Positions 21,690 through 32,845 of a stretch of 64,000 bases of DNA are shown here, piece by piece (within the stretch, counting starts at the first letter, position 1; every line of letters starts with the position of its first letter). The translations under genes were made by a program, and so were the position numbers. Below the pieces are notes generated by a model. It was not told where the DNA came from, searched no databases, and saw only the letters and a program-made list of their open reading frames with translations. The DNA is taken from NCBI GenBank assembly GCA_034226945.1, contig CP120457.1, forward strand, positions 496,001-560,000. The letters run 5' to 3'. Source of the DNA: Picochlorum sp. SENEW3 (taxonomy: Eukaryota).

Positions 21690-23051
21690 ATGACAGAGCA
21701 ACGCCCTCCTTCTGCGGATATAGGTGGAGATATAGACACTAGACATGGCAAGACTCGCAATGGATTGACTGGAGGGAGTGATAAAGGGCTCATGCGTGCT
21801 GACGAGAATGAGGTCGTTGGTGGAGGGGCCGTAGTCGGAGGGGACGAGGGATCCTCTCCTGCGACTTTAGAACGCAATATTTCCTCTCTTGGGAGTGGTG
21901 ACGCGTCATCGTCGCGTGGAAAGGCGACGTCGGGTGTCGCAGCAACTCCACCTCCTGCCAAGCCAGTGCTGTTGGTCGAATCAGATGATGATGTGGAGGA
22001 ATGGCCAGAAGTGCCTTTGATAGGACGATATAGAGAAGAAGAAGAAGAAGGTGACGAGGAGAATGGGACTGTGAGTGGCGATGATCAGGGGGAGCCTGCA
22101 CACAATAATACAGATGGGGAAGAAGAGGGTGAGGAAGGCTGTGATCATGAACTGTTTTGGAAGCATAAAGTGAAGCAGAATGATACACTTGCTGGATTAG
22201 CGGTTAAATATAAAGTATCTATATCAGATATCAAACGAGCGAATGGTTTTCAGACTGATACTGCCATGTTTGGGAGAGAGTGGGTGATGATTCCCCGCAA
22301 GCCATTTCCCATAGGGTGCGTTGGCGTGATTCGTTGTCGTACGATGTACTTTTGATTCAATTAAACATTATTATTATTATTATGTAGGCCAGAGCAAGCG
22401 GCTTGGGCGGGAATGATACTGGCACATTATGAACAGAGAATGCCGTTTGGTATGCACCCAGAAGGGAATGGGATGAATGATAAACCTCTTACATCGGTGA
22501 GAGCGTTGCGTGGATATTATAGCACCGACCACTCTCCTGTAAGGCAACAGCATTGTGTGGATTGGGAGGCGGAAGGGGCATCGAAGAAGAATGAAGATGG
22601 CCACTTTGTAGCGCCTGCGTCGACTCGGGGAGAAGTTGAAATGATGAGTCGTTCGACATCGTCGTATAGAGATGATCGATTGCGACGGCGGAGAAATGAT
22701 GATACTGATGAGTATTCGATGACGACGCCACTGCGGAATGATGCGGGTGATTATGATGAAAACGACCCAGCTGTGCGGCAGGTATTTGAGGCAATGAGGG
22801 ACAGAGACATGCCCAAACCCCTTTTTGGTCCACAAACGACGGCAGCATTGAACTCTTGGAAAGAAAAGTCGTCAGTAATCTCATCCAATGCGATGAAAGA
22901 ATTGAAAGATTTGCAAACAAAGTCTCTGAAATGGAGAGACCAGTTGATGCGTAGAATAAAAAAGGTGACAAATGCTCAACCAAGGCCTTCATCATCGGCT
23001 GCTGCTGGCACAGCCATGTCATCATTCTCATCTTCGATTAAAAAGGACTGA
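21690..23051 (+). CDS. LysM-domain protein; exons 21690-22315 and 22388-23051
   Basis: HKVKQNDTLAGLAVKYKVSISDIKRANG is a LysM motif. The GT-AG intron 22316-22387 joins the two ORFs in frame. Confidence 0.85.
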
Positions 23052-23286
23052 TAGGACTGCATGGGGCGTTCATTGTCGTCCTGGGTGACATGGATGTGCA
23101 TAAAAATGAAACGCTCCGATCAAAAGCATGTAATGACCGTATGGCACTCCCGGCGTATGGCTGCCACGTGGGCGCCATAAAAACGCAAGTGCCATCTCCT
23201 CTGCACCATAATATTTTCGATTCATTATTTTTCATCCTGGAAATTCAAGTATACGTTTAGAATATTAACAAGAATCGTTAAAAACA

Positions 23287-25514
23287 ATGCAAGGACTTGG
23301 AATGAACACTAGAATCGGTGGGCAGAAAAGCGTGGCTGCGCAGAAGGGATTCCAAGTTGGAACTCCTCTGTCGTACCAGGCACGCGCTAGAGTCTCTTTC
23401 GGCCGCCATACAATGACTGTGAGAGCAGAAAAGGTATGTTGTATCGTGCATTGTGCTACACATGGCTCTCCGCTGGGGAGCGCATGGAAGTCTCTAGAAT
23501 GTTCTCGTAGGAGATTCCAGAAGCATCGAGCGACATCGCTCAATTCCGCATCGTATGCCTCAATACTGGTAGTATATGAGTATAGTATCTCACAATGAGG
23601 GTGTGTTTGATGTAGGTGGTGGGAATTGATTTGGGTACCACAAACTCTGCTGTGGCTGCCATGGAGGGAGGAAAGCCAACCATCATCACCAATGCTGAGG
23701 GTGGTAGAACAACTCCATCTGTGGTTGCATACAGTAAGAATGGAGACCGCTTGGTTGGACAGATTGCGAAGCGTCAGGCTGTGGTGAACCCAGAGGATAC
23801 ATTCTTCTCTGTGAAGCGTTTCATTGGACGCAAGATGGGTGAAGTGAAGGAAGAGTCCACCCAGGTTCCATACAAGGTGAATGGTGACGCAAACGGAAAT
23901 GTGAAGATTGTGTCTGGAAATGCTGCAAAGGAATTTGCCCCAGAGGAAATTTCTGCTACAGTGCTTAGAAAGCTGTCCGAAGATGCTGCCAAGTTCTTGG
24001 GGGACTCTGTTGGAAAGGCTGTGATTACTGTCCCAGCTTACTTTAATGATTCTCAGAGACAGGCTACGAAGGATGCTGGTAAGATTGCTGGTTTGGAAGT
24101 GCTTCGTATTATCAATGAGCCTACTGCTGCATCTTTGGCCTATGGTCTTGATAAGAAGTCCAACGAAACCATCCTTGTCTTTGATTTGGGAGGTGGAACG
24201 TTTGATGTGTCTGTTCTCGAGGTCGGAGATGGTGTCTTTGAGGTGTTGTCCACTTCCGGAGATACCCACTTGGGAGGAGATGACTTTGATAAGCGTATTG
24301 TTGACTGGCTGGCTGATGAGTTCAAGAAGACTGAGGGCATTGATTTGAGAAGTGACCGTCAGGCTCTGCAGCGTCTCACAGAGGCTGCTGAGAAGGCAAA
24401 GATTGAGCTTTCCTCTACCTCTCAGACCTCCATCTCCCTTCCATTCATCACAGCAACTGCTGAGGGACCAAAGCACATCGACACAACTTTGACTCGTGCA
24501 CAGTTTGAACAGTTGGCTTCTGATTTGTTGACCCGCTGCAAGGTGCCAGTTGAAGCAGCCCTCAAGGATGCCAAGCTTTCCATGAGCGACCTTGATGAAA
24601 TCATCTTAGTAGGAGGATCCACCCGTATCCCATCTGTTGTGGAGCTTGTGGAGAAAATGACTGGAAAGAAGGCCAACATGACTGTCAACCCAGATGAGGT
24701 GGTGGCTCTTGGAGCTGCTGTCCAAGGAGGTGTGTTGGCTGGAGAGGTATCCGACATTGTCTTGTTGGATGTCACACCACTGTCCCTTGGATTGGAAACT
24801 CTTGGAGGAGTCTCCACAAAGGTTATCCCAAGAAACACAACCCTTCCAACATCCAAGACAGAAACCTTCTCCACTGCTGCTGATAACCAGTCATCAGTCG
24901 AGATTAACGTTCTTCAGGGAGAGCGTGAGTTTGCCAAGGATAACAAGTCATTGGGTACATTTAGATTGGATGGTATTCCACCAGCCCCACGTGGAGTTCC
25001 ACAGATTGAAGTGAAGTTTGATATTGATGCCAACGGAATCCTTTCTGTGAGTGCCACAGACAAGGGAACAGGAAAGCAGCAAGACATCAAGATCACTGGA
25101 GCATCTACCCTGCCCTCTGATGAGGTCGACCGCATGGTCCAGAACGCTGAGCAGTTTGCTGATGAGGACAAGAAGCGCAGAGAGCTTGTTGATGCCAAGA
25201 ACCAGGCCGACTCTGTTGTCTACCAGACAGAGAAGCAACTGTCAGAGTTTGATGACAAGCTCCCACAGGAGATCAAGGACAAGGTGAATGCCAAGCTTAC
25301 TGAGGTGAAGGATGCTATTCCATCCGACGACGCAGAGAAAATCAACGCAGCTGTCGAAAGTCTTCAGAAGGAAGTCATGGAGATGGGACAGGCCGTGTAT
25401 AGCCAGGCTGGAGCTGCCCCAGGAGCTGAGGGAGCTGCGCCAGGAGGAGACGCCGGAGCTGCTGGAGGAGATGATGATGTCATCGATGCCGAATTCTCAG
25501 ATTCCGACAAGTAA
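23287..25514 (+). CDS. HSP70B: Chloroplast stromal HSP70 (DnaK-type); exons 23287-23433 and 23616-25514
   Basis: Transit peptide ending [29 protein letters not shown]-terminal DVIDAEFSD. Confidence 0.97.
23486..23523 (+). promoter_or_regulatory. Heat-shock element within HSP70B intron 1
   Basis: In-register alternating pentamers gGAAg tCTCt aGAAt gTTCt cGTAg (23486-23510) plus aTTCc aGAAg (23514-23523). Confidence 0.6.
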
Positions 25515-25776
25515 ATCCTTTTTTACCGTACCCACATATTTCCGACTTGATTTATTGATGTAAACATTGACACGTATTTCTGGCTAGAAGAATCTCTAGA
25601 AGAGTAACGGAGGTTTCTGCCACGTGGCAAGAAGAGCGCTCTTCCTTGGCAGAACGAAAGAGCATTCGACTGCCCAACAGGATGGATTCACGCGATTTTC
25701 AACATATGTGACGTTTATCAACTGAATTCGCCCTAATATCAAACTTTATTCAATATTCATTCGATATTGAAGAATA

Positions 25777-26493
25777 ATGGAGAAGGAAATCGAGCAGATT
25801 GTAGCCAGGGCGCTCTCTCGGGAAAGACGCCTCTGGTTCTCCATCATGGCTGGGGTGCTCATCCTTCAACTGTTTGCCATGAACCCTGCGGCACGGGTAT
25901 CGCAGTCAGTATCTGGATCCTCCAGCTCTCTTAGTGTAGAACAGGTCCACCCAACCACCCGGGGCTTGCGCCGTAGTCTTATGAGTTTGCAAGGTGCTCC
26001 ATCCTCTGAGATGGCCCCTGCCCCGGCACCAGACAGAGCACCAGCTCCGGCACCAGAGTCGGAGGAATCTGAAAATGTGGATCAAAGTGAAGAGGAAGAA
26101 CCATCACAATGTAATTGTCCCCGAGGGCCCACTGGACCTCCAGGGCCACAAGGAGAACCAGCTCCAGAGTTTCTGTCAAACATTTTTGAATGGGATGAGG
26201 ACAAGGGCGCTCTGACAATCAACGCCGGCAGTGTAAACCTTGCTGGTCATCTCATTGTTAATGGATTCACTGGTATTAGGGAGTCATTATTCATTGGAGG
26301 AGATCCAAATAGTGGAGAATCAGCAACTGAAATCTCTGGAGGATCAATTCTGTTGTACAAACAAGGACAGGACCCCACCATTGCTGGATTTCGAACTGAC
26401 CCAGACAAAGGATACGAACCCGCCAACGTCGAATTTATGGGGGGCATAACAGTGGTCGACCCCAACACAGCTGAAACGAAAACCATTGCTTGA
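25777..26493 (+). CDS. Membrane-anchored or secreted protein with PAPAP repeats, a short collagen-like Gly-X-Y tract and a beta-rich C-terminus
   Basis: N-terminal hydrophobic helix (LWFSIMAGVLILQLFAM), RRSL, APAPAP, CNCPRGPTGPPGPQGEP. Confidence 0.7.
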   Translation: MEKEIEQIVARALSRERRLWFSIMAGVLILQLFAMNPAARVSQSVSGSSSSLSVEQVHPTTRGLRRSLMSLQGAPSSEMAPAPAPDRAPAPAPESEESENVDQSEEEEPSQCNCPRGPTGPPGPQGEPAPEFLSNIFEWDEDKGALTINAGSVNLAGHLIVNGFTGIRESLFIGGDPNSGESATEISGGSILLYKQGQDPTIAGFRTDPDKGYEPANVEFMGGITVVDPNTAETKTIA

Positions 26494-26597
26494 TCAAAGA
26501 CCAAGATGATACAATGTACACCACACACATTTCATTTCATTTCATTTACTAGATATGTTAATTTAACAAGTATATACATAGTATATATAATACATGA

Positions 26598-27230
26598 TTA
26601 TTCGTATCGAAAACGAGCGTGTCGCTCCTTTTCATCCTCTCGCAAATCCTGCAACACTTTTTCCAACCGTTTTTGCTCTGCCACCTTGGCATCACCCCCC
26701 GCACCTTCTCGTTGAGCCTCCTTCTCCTGAATCTTTTCCAGCCTTTCAATCGCCATGCATAACAAAGACCACTCCTTTGTATCCTCGCCATGATTGAACG
26801 AGAGGTATCTCTCATGATTCTCAACTATGGTGGTCCACCCAACAATCCTCATTACCTTTTCTGCCGCAGTCCCTATGATGCACTTGTGAACAATCGAGTT
26901 ATTGTACCGCAACTTTCTATATTTTGCTTCACGTGGATGGTCTCTCACATTGATCAGGATTTTCTTCAGGGGAGAAATGGCCTCCAAAATCATCTGTGGG
27001 CTCTTGTGCTTCTCATCACAAATATCAAATACCACAATCTTCTCCAACATCTTTTTCAACCGCACGATCTCTTCATTTTCACTAGGTTCTCTAGAACTAG
27101 GGCTCTCCTGTGTTTCCTGTTGATTCAAGTGAGCCAGTCTTTTCAAACGAAGTTGTTCCAACGAAGAGGTTTCCTGTTCCTCGTTCGTGTCACAATCCCG
27201 AGATGATGATCTTTCCATATGAGACGACAT
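26598..27230 (-). CDS. PUB-domain (p97/CDC48-interacting) protein
   Basis: LKKILINVRDHPREAKYRKLRYNN...AEKVMRIVGW matches the PUB consensus; C-terminal coiled coil. Confidence 0.8.
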   Translation of the reverse strand: MSSHMERSSSRDCDTNEEQETSSLEQLRLKRLAHLNQQETQESPSSREPSENEEIVRLKKMLEKIVVFDICDEKHKSPQMILEAISPLKKILINVRDHPREAKYRKLRYNNSIVHKCIIGTAAEKVMRIVGWTTIVENHERYLSFNHGEDTKEWSLLCMAIERLEKIQEKEAQREGAGGDAKVAEQKRLEKVLQDLREDEKERHARFRYE

Positions 27231-27593
27231 TTTTTAGTGTTACAGTAGAAATTTTGTGGGATCGGGTGCCACCACGACAGAAAAATTGACCAATTTGGAC
27301 ACATCTACTGCAATTTCGACGATCCCTACAAAATCGTTGCCGGACCGAGGCAATCTCGTTGGCAATAGTAGGTGAGGTGAATCAGAAACTTCAGTGAGTT
27401 TCCACATTGTGGTGGCAGCAATCGTTGTGGTGTTGTGTTTGCAACTTGTTTACAATTTACAATTTACTTGGACTATACGCTAGATCTGTCTGCAGGGCCA
27501 GTGTTTTTTTTCTGTCCAGTCAACTGGCAGAATTGATTCTTTTTTTTCCTGTATGATTCAAGTTCTTCCGACAACCATCTGTTCTATTTCTCT

Positions 27594-28937
27594 TCACTCG
27601 ACAGTATTGTTACTCTCTTTCTCTTTCTCTTTCTTTCGCCCCGGCAACTCTCTCGTTCGAAGCCATGCCAATGCAGATAGAATATATTCATGGGGAGAGG
27701 CAGGATCTTTATTCTCCACTTCCAGCAGCAAGATGAGGCTTCCAACCATGAATGCCCAATTTCCATAGAATGCATTGAATGCAGTGCCCCAATGCTGACA
27801 GCATACCTCTCCGTTTCCCTTCCAATTTGCCAGATAACCAAAAATTGAACTCATTAAAAATCCTATTCCTCCAATCAAATTTGCAAACGAGGCATACCAC
27901 CCAATCCTGGTGAATCCAGGTTTATACCATACGTCTTGTTCTTCCAGTGTATACAGTAATCCACTGAGTACAAAACAAACAGAACCAATAGTCTGTGGGG
28001 CCCAGATGAGGGCCTGCTGCACCTGCCATTGGTCATCAGCCACAACGCCTGGAATGGCAGTGAACACTGCTATTGAAAAGATCAGGCAGCCAAAACCAAG
28101 TAAAAAAGCTGCTGTGAATCCCACATTGTGGAAATCCCAACCCCACCATCGCCACGCTCGGCATTCATGGTCCGACTTTGGGCCAGTCACATCTGCTGCA
28201 TTCTTTCCATCCTCCTCTGGCACATACACATACAATTTTCTCGCTTTCTGTTTGATGAAATGCTCCTCTGAGTTGGCGTACAAGTTGACGTATTCTTTTT
28301 TTCTTCTCCTGCATAACACACCCTGTTTCAATACGTCATCACAAAGATGCCATTCTTCATCTTCTTTGAGTGCACTCTCGCTGGGAATCTCCTCATCGTG
28401 TTTTTTCCCCACTTCGCGCACTTCAGCGCCACAACATATATCTACATCTTCATTGAGAGCCTCCAACAGTAAAAGATAACACCCAAAATCGAAGAGGAGG
28501 ATGCCAGCCACTTCAACATATCCAATGGTATATTTGGAAGCAGTTTCGCTTGGAAAAGGCCACATAAAAATGTGCCCAGCAAAAACCCAACAGGCAGTTC
28601 CCAAGCAAAAAATGATGGCAATCCACCATGAGATGTTCTTCACATCCAGCAAGAATATCTTTGGCACAGGTGGAACAACAATCTCAGCCCCGGTAACCTG
28701 TTGGGGTATGAACCTCATGTAACGATGCTTTCTATGCGGCCTGGATCCATACTTGTAATGCCCTTGGGTTTCTTCATCCAAAAATGTGACTCTTCTGGGA
28801 TGGAAAAATGTCGGTAAGAAGGCCATCGGGGTGATCTTCTCGATCGTTAGTCTTTTTTTGATCCCAGCAGTGGCTGGGATGGGTAGCGACGGCCATTCTT
28901 TATCCTTTGCCGCTGAATCTTCCAAATTCGCCATCAT
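27594..28937 (-). CDS. Multi-pass integral membrane protein (YrhK-like repeats)
   Basis: About seven hydrophobic helices with WWIAIIFCLGTACW, IGSVCFVLSG, ANLIGGIGF and GNWAFMVGS. Confidence 0.65.
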   Translation of the reverse strand: MMANLEDSAAKDKEWPSLPIPATAGIKKRLTIEKITPMAFLPTFFHPRRVTFLDEETQGHYKYGSRPHRKHRYMRFIPQQVTGAEIVVPPVPKIFLLDVKNISWWIAIIFCLGTACWVFAGHIFMWPFPSETASKYTIGYVEVAGILLFDFGCYLLLLEALNEDVDICCGAEVREVGKKHDEEIPSESALKEDEEWHLCDDVLKQGVLCRRRKKEYVNLYANSEEHFIKQKARKLYVYVPEEDGKNAADVTGPKSDHECRAWRWWGWDFHNVGFTAAFLLGFGCLIFSIAVFTAIPGVVADDQWQVQQALIWAPQTIGSVCFVLSGLLYTLEEQDVWYKPGFTRIGWYASFANLIGGIGFLMSSIFGYLANWKGNGEVCCQHWGTAFNAFYGNWAFMVGSLILLLEVENKDPASPHEYILSALAWLRTRELPGRKKEKEKESNNTVE

Positions 28938-29369
28938 GCGCTATCTGCCTATTATCTGTATTCATATACATGGCACGGGGTCACATTGTGGCTGTACAAG
29001 GTCATATTCGTATCAAAGCAGACACTGCCTAACGAAGCGTACCTGTTTGGTTTGTGCGATGCTCAAGCGAATTGGATGTGATCTGATCTCAATTTTGTAT
29101 GCATATATCTCATTTTTAATGCCTAATCACGATATTCTGCAGGCGTATGGCGTACCTTGGGAATCTGACTGAAGGATTGATCCATCTGGATGGGGGTCCC
29201 GCATGGGTGCAGTACGCACACTGCGGTATGGACCAGCTGGTCTGGATAAAACCATCGTTCCTGTTGTCGTTCATTTGTACACGTATAATGATGGGATCCT
29301 ACATGGATCATGATCATGTGAGGGCTCAAAATATTTGTTTCATATGAATCCAAGATGTGCTGTATTTAT

Positions 29370-32300
29370 TCAGTGCTTTGCATCTCTCTCTCTCTCTCCA
29401 TCTCTCTGCTCTTCCACAATATCTTCATATTCTGTCATGAAATATTCAGCCTCCAGTCCACATCTTGATTCATAATCTGTAGTGTCGTCATAGATTCTAT
29501 TCAGTCTTTCACTCACGTGTTCTTCAAACAAAATTTTGTGGCCTTTTTTGATGAGGACTGCATGCAGCACTGCCACAATAAGGCTCCTCAATTGTCTGCA
29601 GCAGCAGACTTCCAAATAGTTCAGGAATGTTGTTGGGTTCTCCATATAGCACAACATATCTACTGCGGAGGCTAACTGATTGGGATCAGTTACTTTGTCT
29701 CCACCTGGAGTACTGCTCTTTATTATTAGAGAGTCATCACAGTTCAAGAGATGAATATTCTCTGCTGCAGTTTCTTTATTCTCGAGAAGTGCATTCATAT
29801 TGTAATGCATATGCTCTCGGGCAACCTTTTCTGTAGCTTCAAGTTGCGCAAGTACGTTGTCAATGTGTGTTCCAGGTTTGAGCACAGCTTTGGCCAGGAA
29901 GTTTAATGTATCTGTAAAATTATCAGAAAATTTCTCCACATATGAAAGATGAGATGGAGACAGAGGCCACTTTTCGAATGGATGGGACTCTATTTTGGCA
30001 AGATGTAGCATCTTTACCATGTCCAACAGTTTTTGAAGAGATCGGGCTGCGTTGCCTGCCAAGCCTTTTGGAACTCGATGAGGCTTTCTTGTCAGAAGAA
30101 ACTCCCTCTCCAGTTCTGCGATATTCGATGTGATGTATCCGATGGTCATTTGAGCATGAAAAGCTATTTCAAATGTTTCTGATTTCATAAACTCTACAAG
30201 CGCTTGATCCTCCTCGCATTTGGTTGGGTGCAACACTCCCTCAGGCTTGATAGAAGAGTCGGATGAGGTTTCTCCAAGTACTTTATTTCCATCATCTTTC
30301 TCTTCGGCGACCAACTGCACAGATATAGTGAGTAGTATTTTATTAGTCAAGAGCATACAGAAATGATACTACTGTCACTGCCTGATACAGGCTTTCACGT
30401 ACCTCCCCAGTGAAGCGCTTGAGCAGCCGTGTCAAGGATTCAAAACATGCAGAGAAATTAACCTGTGTCATCCAGCGAGTGCTGATTGGAAGTATGCATA
30501 TTGCGACAAACCATACAATGAGACCACCTATGATCATATTTGCAGATCGTTGTCCCAAACGACGCCAAGGCGAATCTGCTCTGAAGGCTGGTAGTGTTGT
30601 TGATGCCAAGGTGAAATTAGCCACTGACCACAGATATTCCCTAGCTGGATCTCTCATGCCATTCAACACACAAAATCCAGCATAAATAGACGATAAACCC
30701 CAGCCAACGATGAGTTTACCAGGTCCATTATTCCATGTCAACCCCGCTGCCAGGTACGACAAGGTGATGATGACGTATGCAACAGCTGCTGTGAGAAGCG
30801 TACCAATCACACGCTGAACACCACGGGTTGTTGTTGTGCCAATATTTGGGACCCACACCACAACCACAGTGATAATAACATCAAATGGTCTATCTATGAA
30901 TGCATATTCTGCTATAACAGGCACTGAGGCCAAAATGAGGGCAATGCCAACAGCAATTCCATACTGTATTCCAAATACGACTGAAATGGGCATCCCATAT
31001 ACTTTTCCGCTACGAAGTACTCTATTCGATTTATGACCATACATCGCTTTACGAAGTATATTTCGATCACTGTCACGTTCTGCAGCATTCAAAATCACCT
31101 GCGTCAGGTAGCCACCATCATTGTTGCCGTCATCCTCTGCTGCTGAGGATGACTCGCTTATGGTGAATTTTGCGTCTTTGGCCACCGTAGATGGATGAGG
31201 CCATTCAGGAGATTTCAAAAGCCTCGCATTTGCTGTCGAAAGCGCAGTCAAATCTGTTGGATTCACTGCTGCTGCAAAAGACCCATAGACAGCACGCATT
31301 CGAATGCCAAGATGATACAACATTTCAGCTCCAGTGCACAAGCCACGAGCCGCTTCCTTGTCCGTTGATTGCGCCAAAGCAGTACGAAAAGAGAAACTAG
31401 TTTGTCCCCAAGATTCCTCCATACGTTCCATACATGCATCAACAGAAGCCCACGAGCCCTTCCTGTTGACAGTCTCACCAATGTTCCTGAGCATGTCCTC
31501 CACACTCTGGAAGAATGCTTCGACATGCTCCTTCACTTCTGGATGCTGAAACAGTGCAAAATTCACACTTCCTGATTCAATGGGACGAAGTGCCGCAGTC
31601 ATCGTTGACATCCCTGCAGAGACTAAGATCTTTGCATGCATGAATTGATGCCTGGGAAATCTCCATGGCCTATTGTAGAAATCAATCTCAAACAGAACAG
31701 GAAAATGCAGCCCTCGGGTTTGCTCAATTCTAGCCCTCGATTCTCTCAAGTGTCCTTCAAGTATCTCTGTTCTCGTCTCCATCCCTTCGTCATACCCCGT
31801 ATCTGGATTCACCGTACACGTAGCTTCTGCCAACCGGCCCGTCTCTGGGTCAATCTCTTCCAGCAGCAACACCTTCATCGACTCCCATGCATCTGCAAAA
31901 GAATGCAAACATCTCTCCATAGCCACTCGATACCGGTATCCCGCTGTCACGGGAAACACAAAGTTTGCCCCAATCGCACATGCTCCACACCCAATGGCAG
32001 CATTTGCCAAAATATACCACTGGTGCAAATATTTCAGATCAGGAGCGTAATACGAGCCCAGACTGATCGACAACGCAATAAATATATTCACATAAAAACA
32101 GAACACATTCGTCGCCTCTGATAGCCAGCGTAAAATGTTGATCCCAGCAGCAATTGGAGTTGCCATGCACACAAGCACAGCTGCCTTGGTCACAGAGTCA
32201 TCGCCCCAATTATAATCATTCGCCGCATACATTGCTCTCTGAATCCCAAAAGCTATCAATCCTCCAACAAATGCTGCTGGAATCAGGGAGACAATTTTGA

Positions 32301-32574
32301 AATTGACCTCTCCTGCGCAAAATGGAGACCCATACATCCACACAGTGAAAAGTAAGGCCAAAGGGGGGGCCACAAGTCGGTACGACATGGCTGAATATAC
32401 AGTAGTTGCGGCTGTTATACCCCCGATAACCAGAAAATTGAGGCAAATCTGAAACGCAATTTTCCATTGATCCGCGGTAAAGCTCTTAAAATACGCAACA
32501 ATGGCTTTCCAAGATAGCAGTCGCCGAATATAGGCACAGCCTGCTCGAGCCTTGGGACACGCTACACAGGCCAT
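29370..32574 (-). CDS. ALMT/FUSC (aromatic acid exporter) superfamily transporter; exons 32574-30403 and 30314-29370
   Basis: Two membrane blocks with ITVVVVWVPNIGTTTTRGVQRVIGT and RSANMIIGGLIVWFVAICILP. Intron 30402-30315 joins the 743-aa and 328-aa ORFs in frame. Confidence 0.75.
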
Positions 32575-32845
32575 GCTATAATGCGACAGCTAGACAATAT
32601 TAATAAACGGTATAGAGGATGATTAAATCATCCTAATCAGTAGGAGAATGTAAGAAAACAACCGACGCAGAACTGACTCTGCAGGGTGTCAATCCAGATG
32701 CATTTTTTAAATATACTATGTACGGAATGGACCACGTTGAAATATCTGATTTGGTTGATTCATGGGCGATTATTACATTTTATTCGATGATAAAATCATT
32801 CCATTCAGTCATGATGGTGTCTTGAAAAGACTGGATCCTTCAGAT

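Noticed and set aside
23434..23615. H/ACA or U14-type snoRNA in the HSP70B intron
   Set aside because: Small hairpins and an ACA exist, but there is no properly placed ANANNA H box or C/D boxes. The HSE explains the dyad symmetry.
23265..24476. 403-aa antisense ORF over HSP70B
   Set aside because: Long antisense frames are a well-known by-product of HSP70 codon bias. There is no independent motif support.
28940..29369. Short ORFs 29123-29353 and 29147-29347
   Set aside because: No recognisable motif. May be UTR or an upstream exon of the membrane protein, but unsupported.
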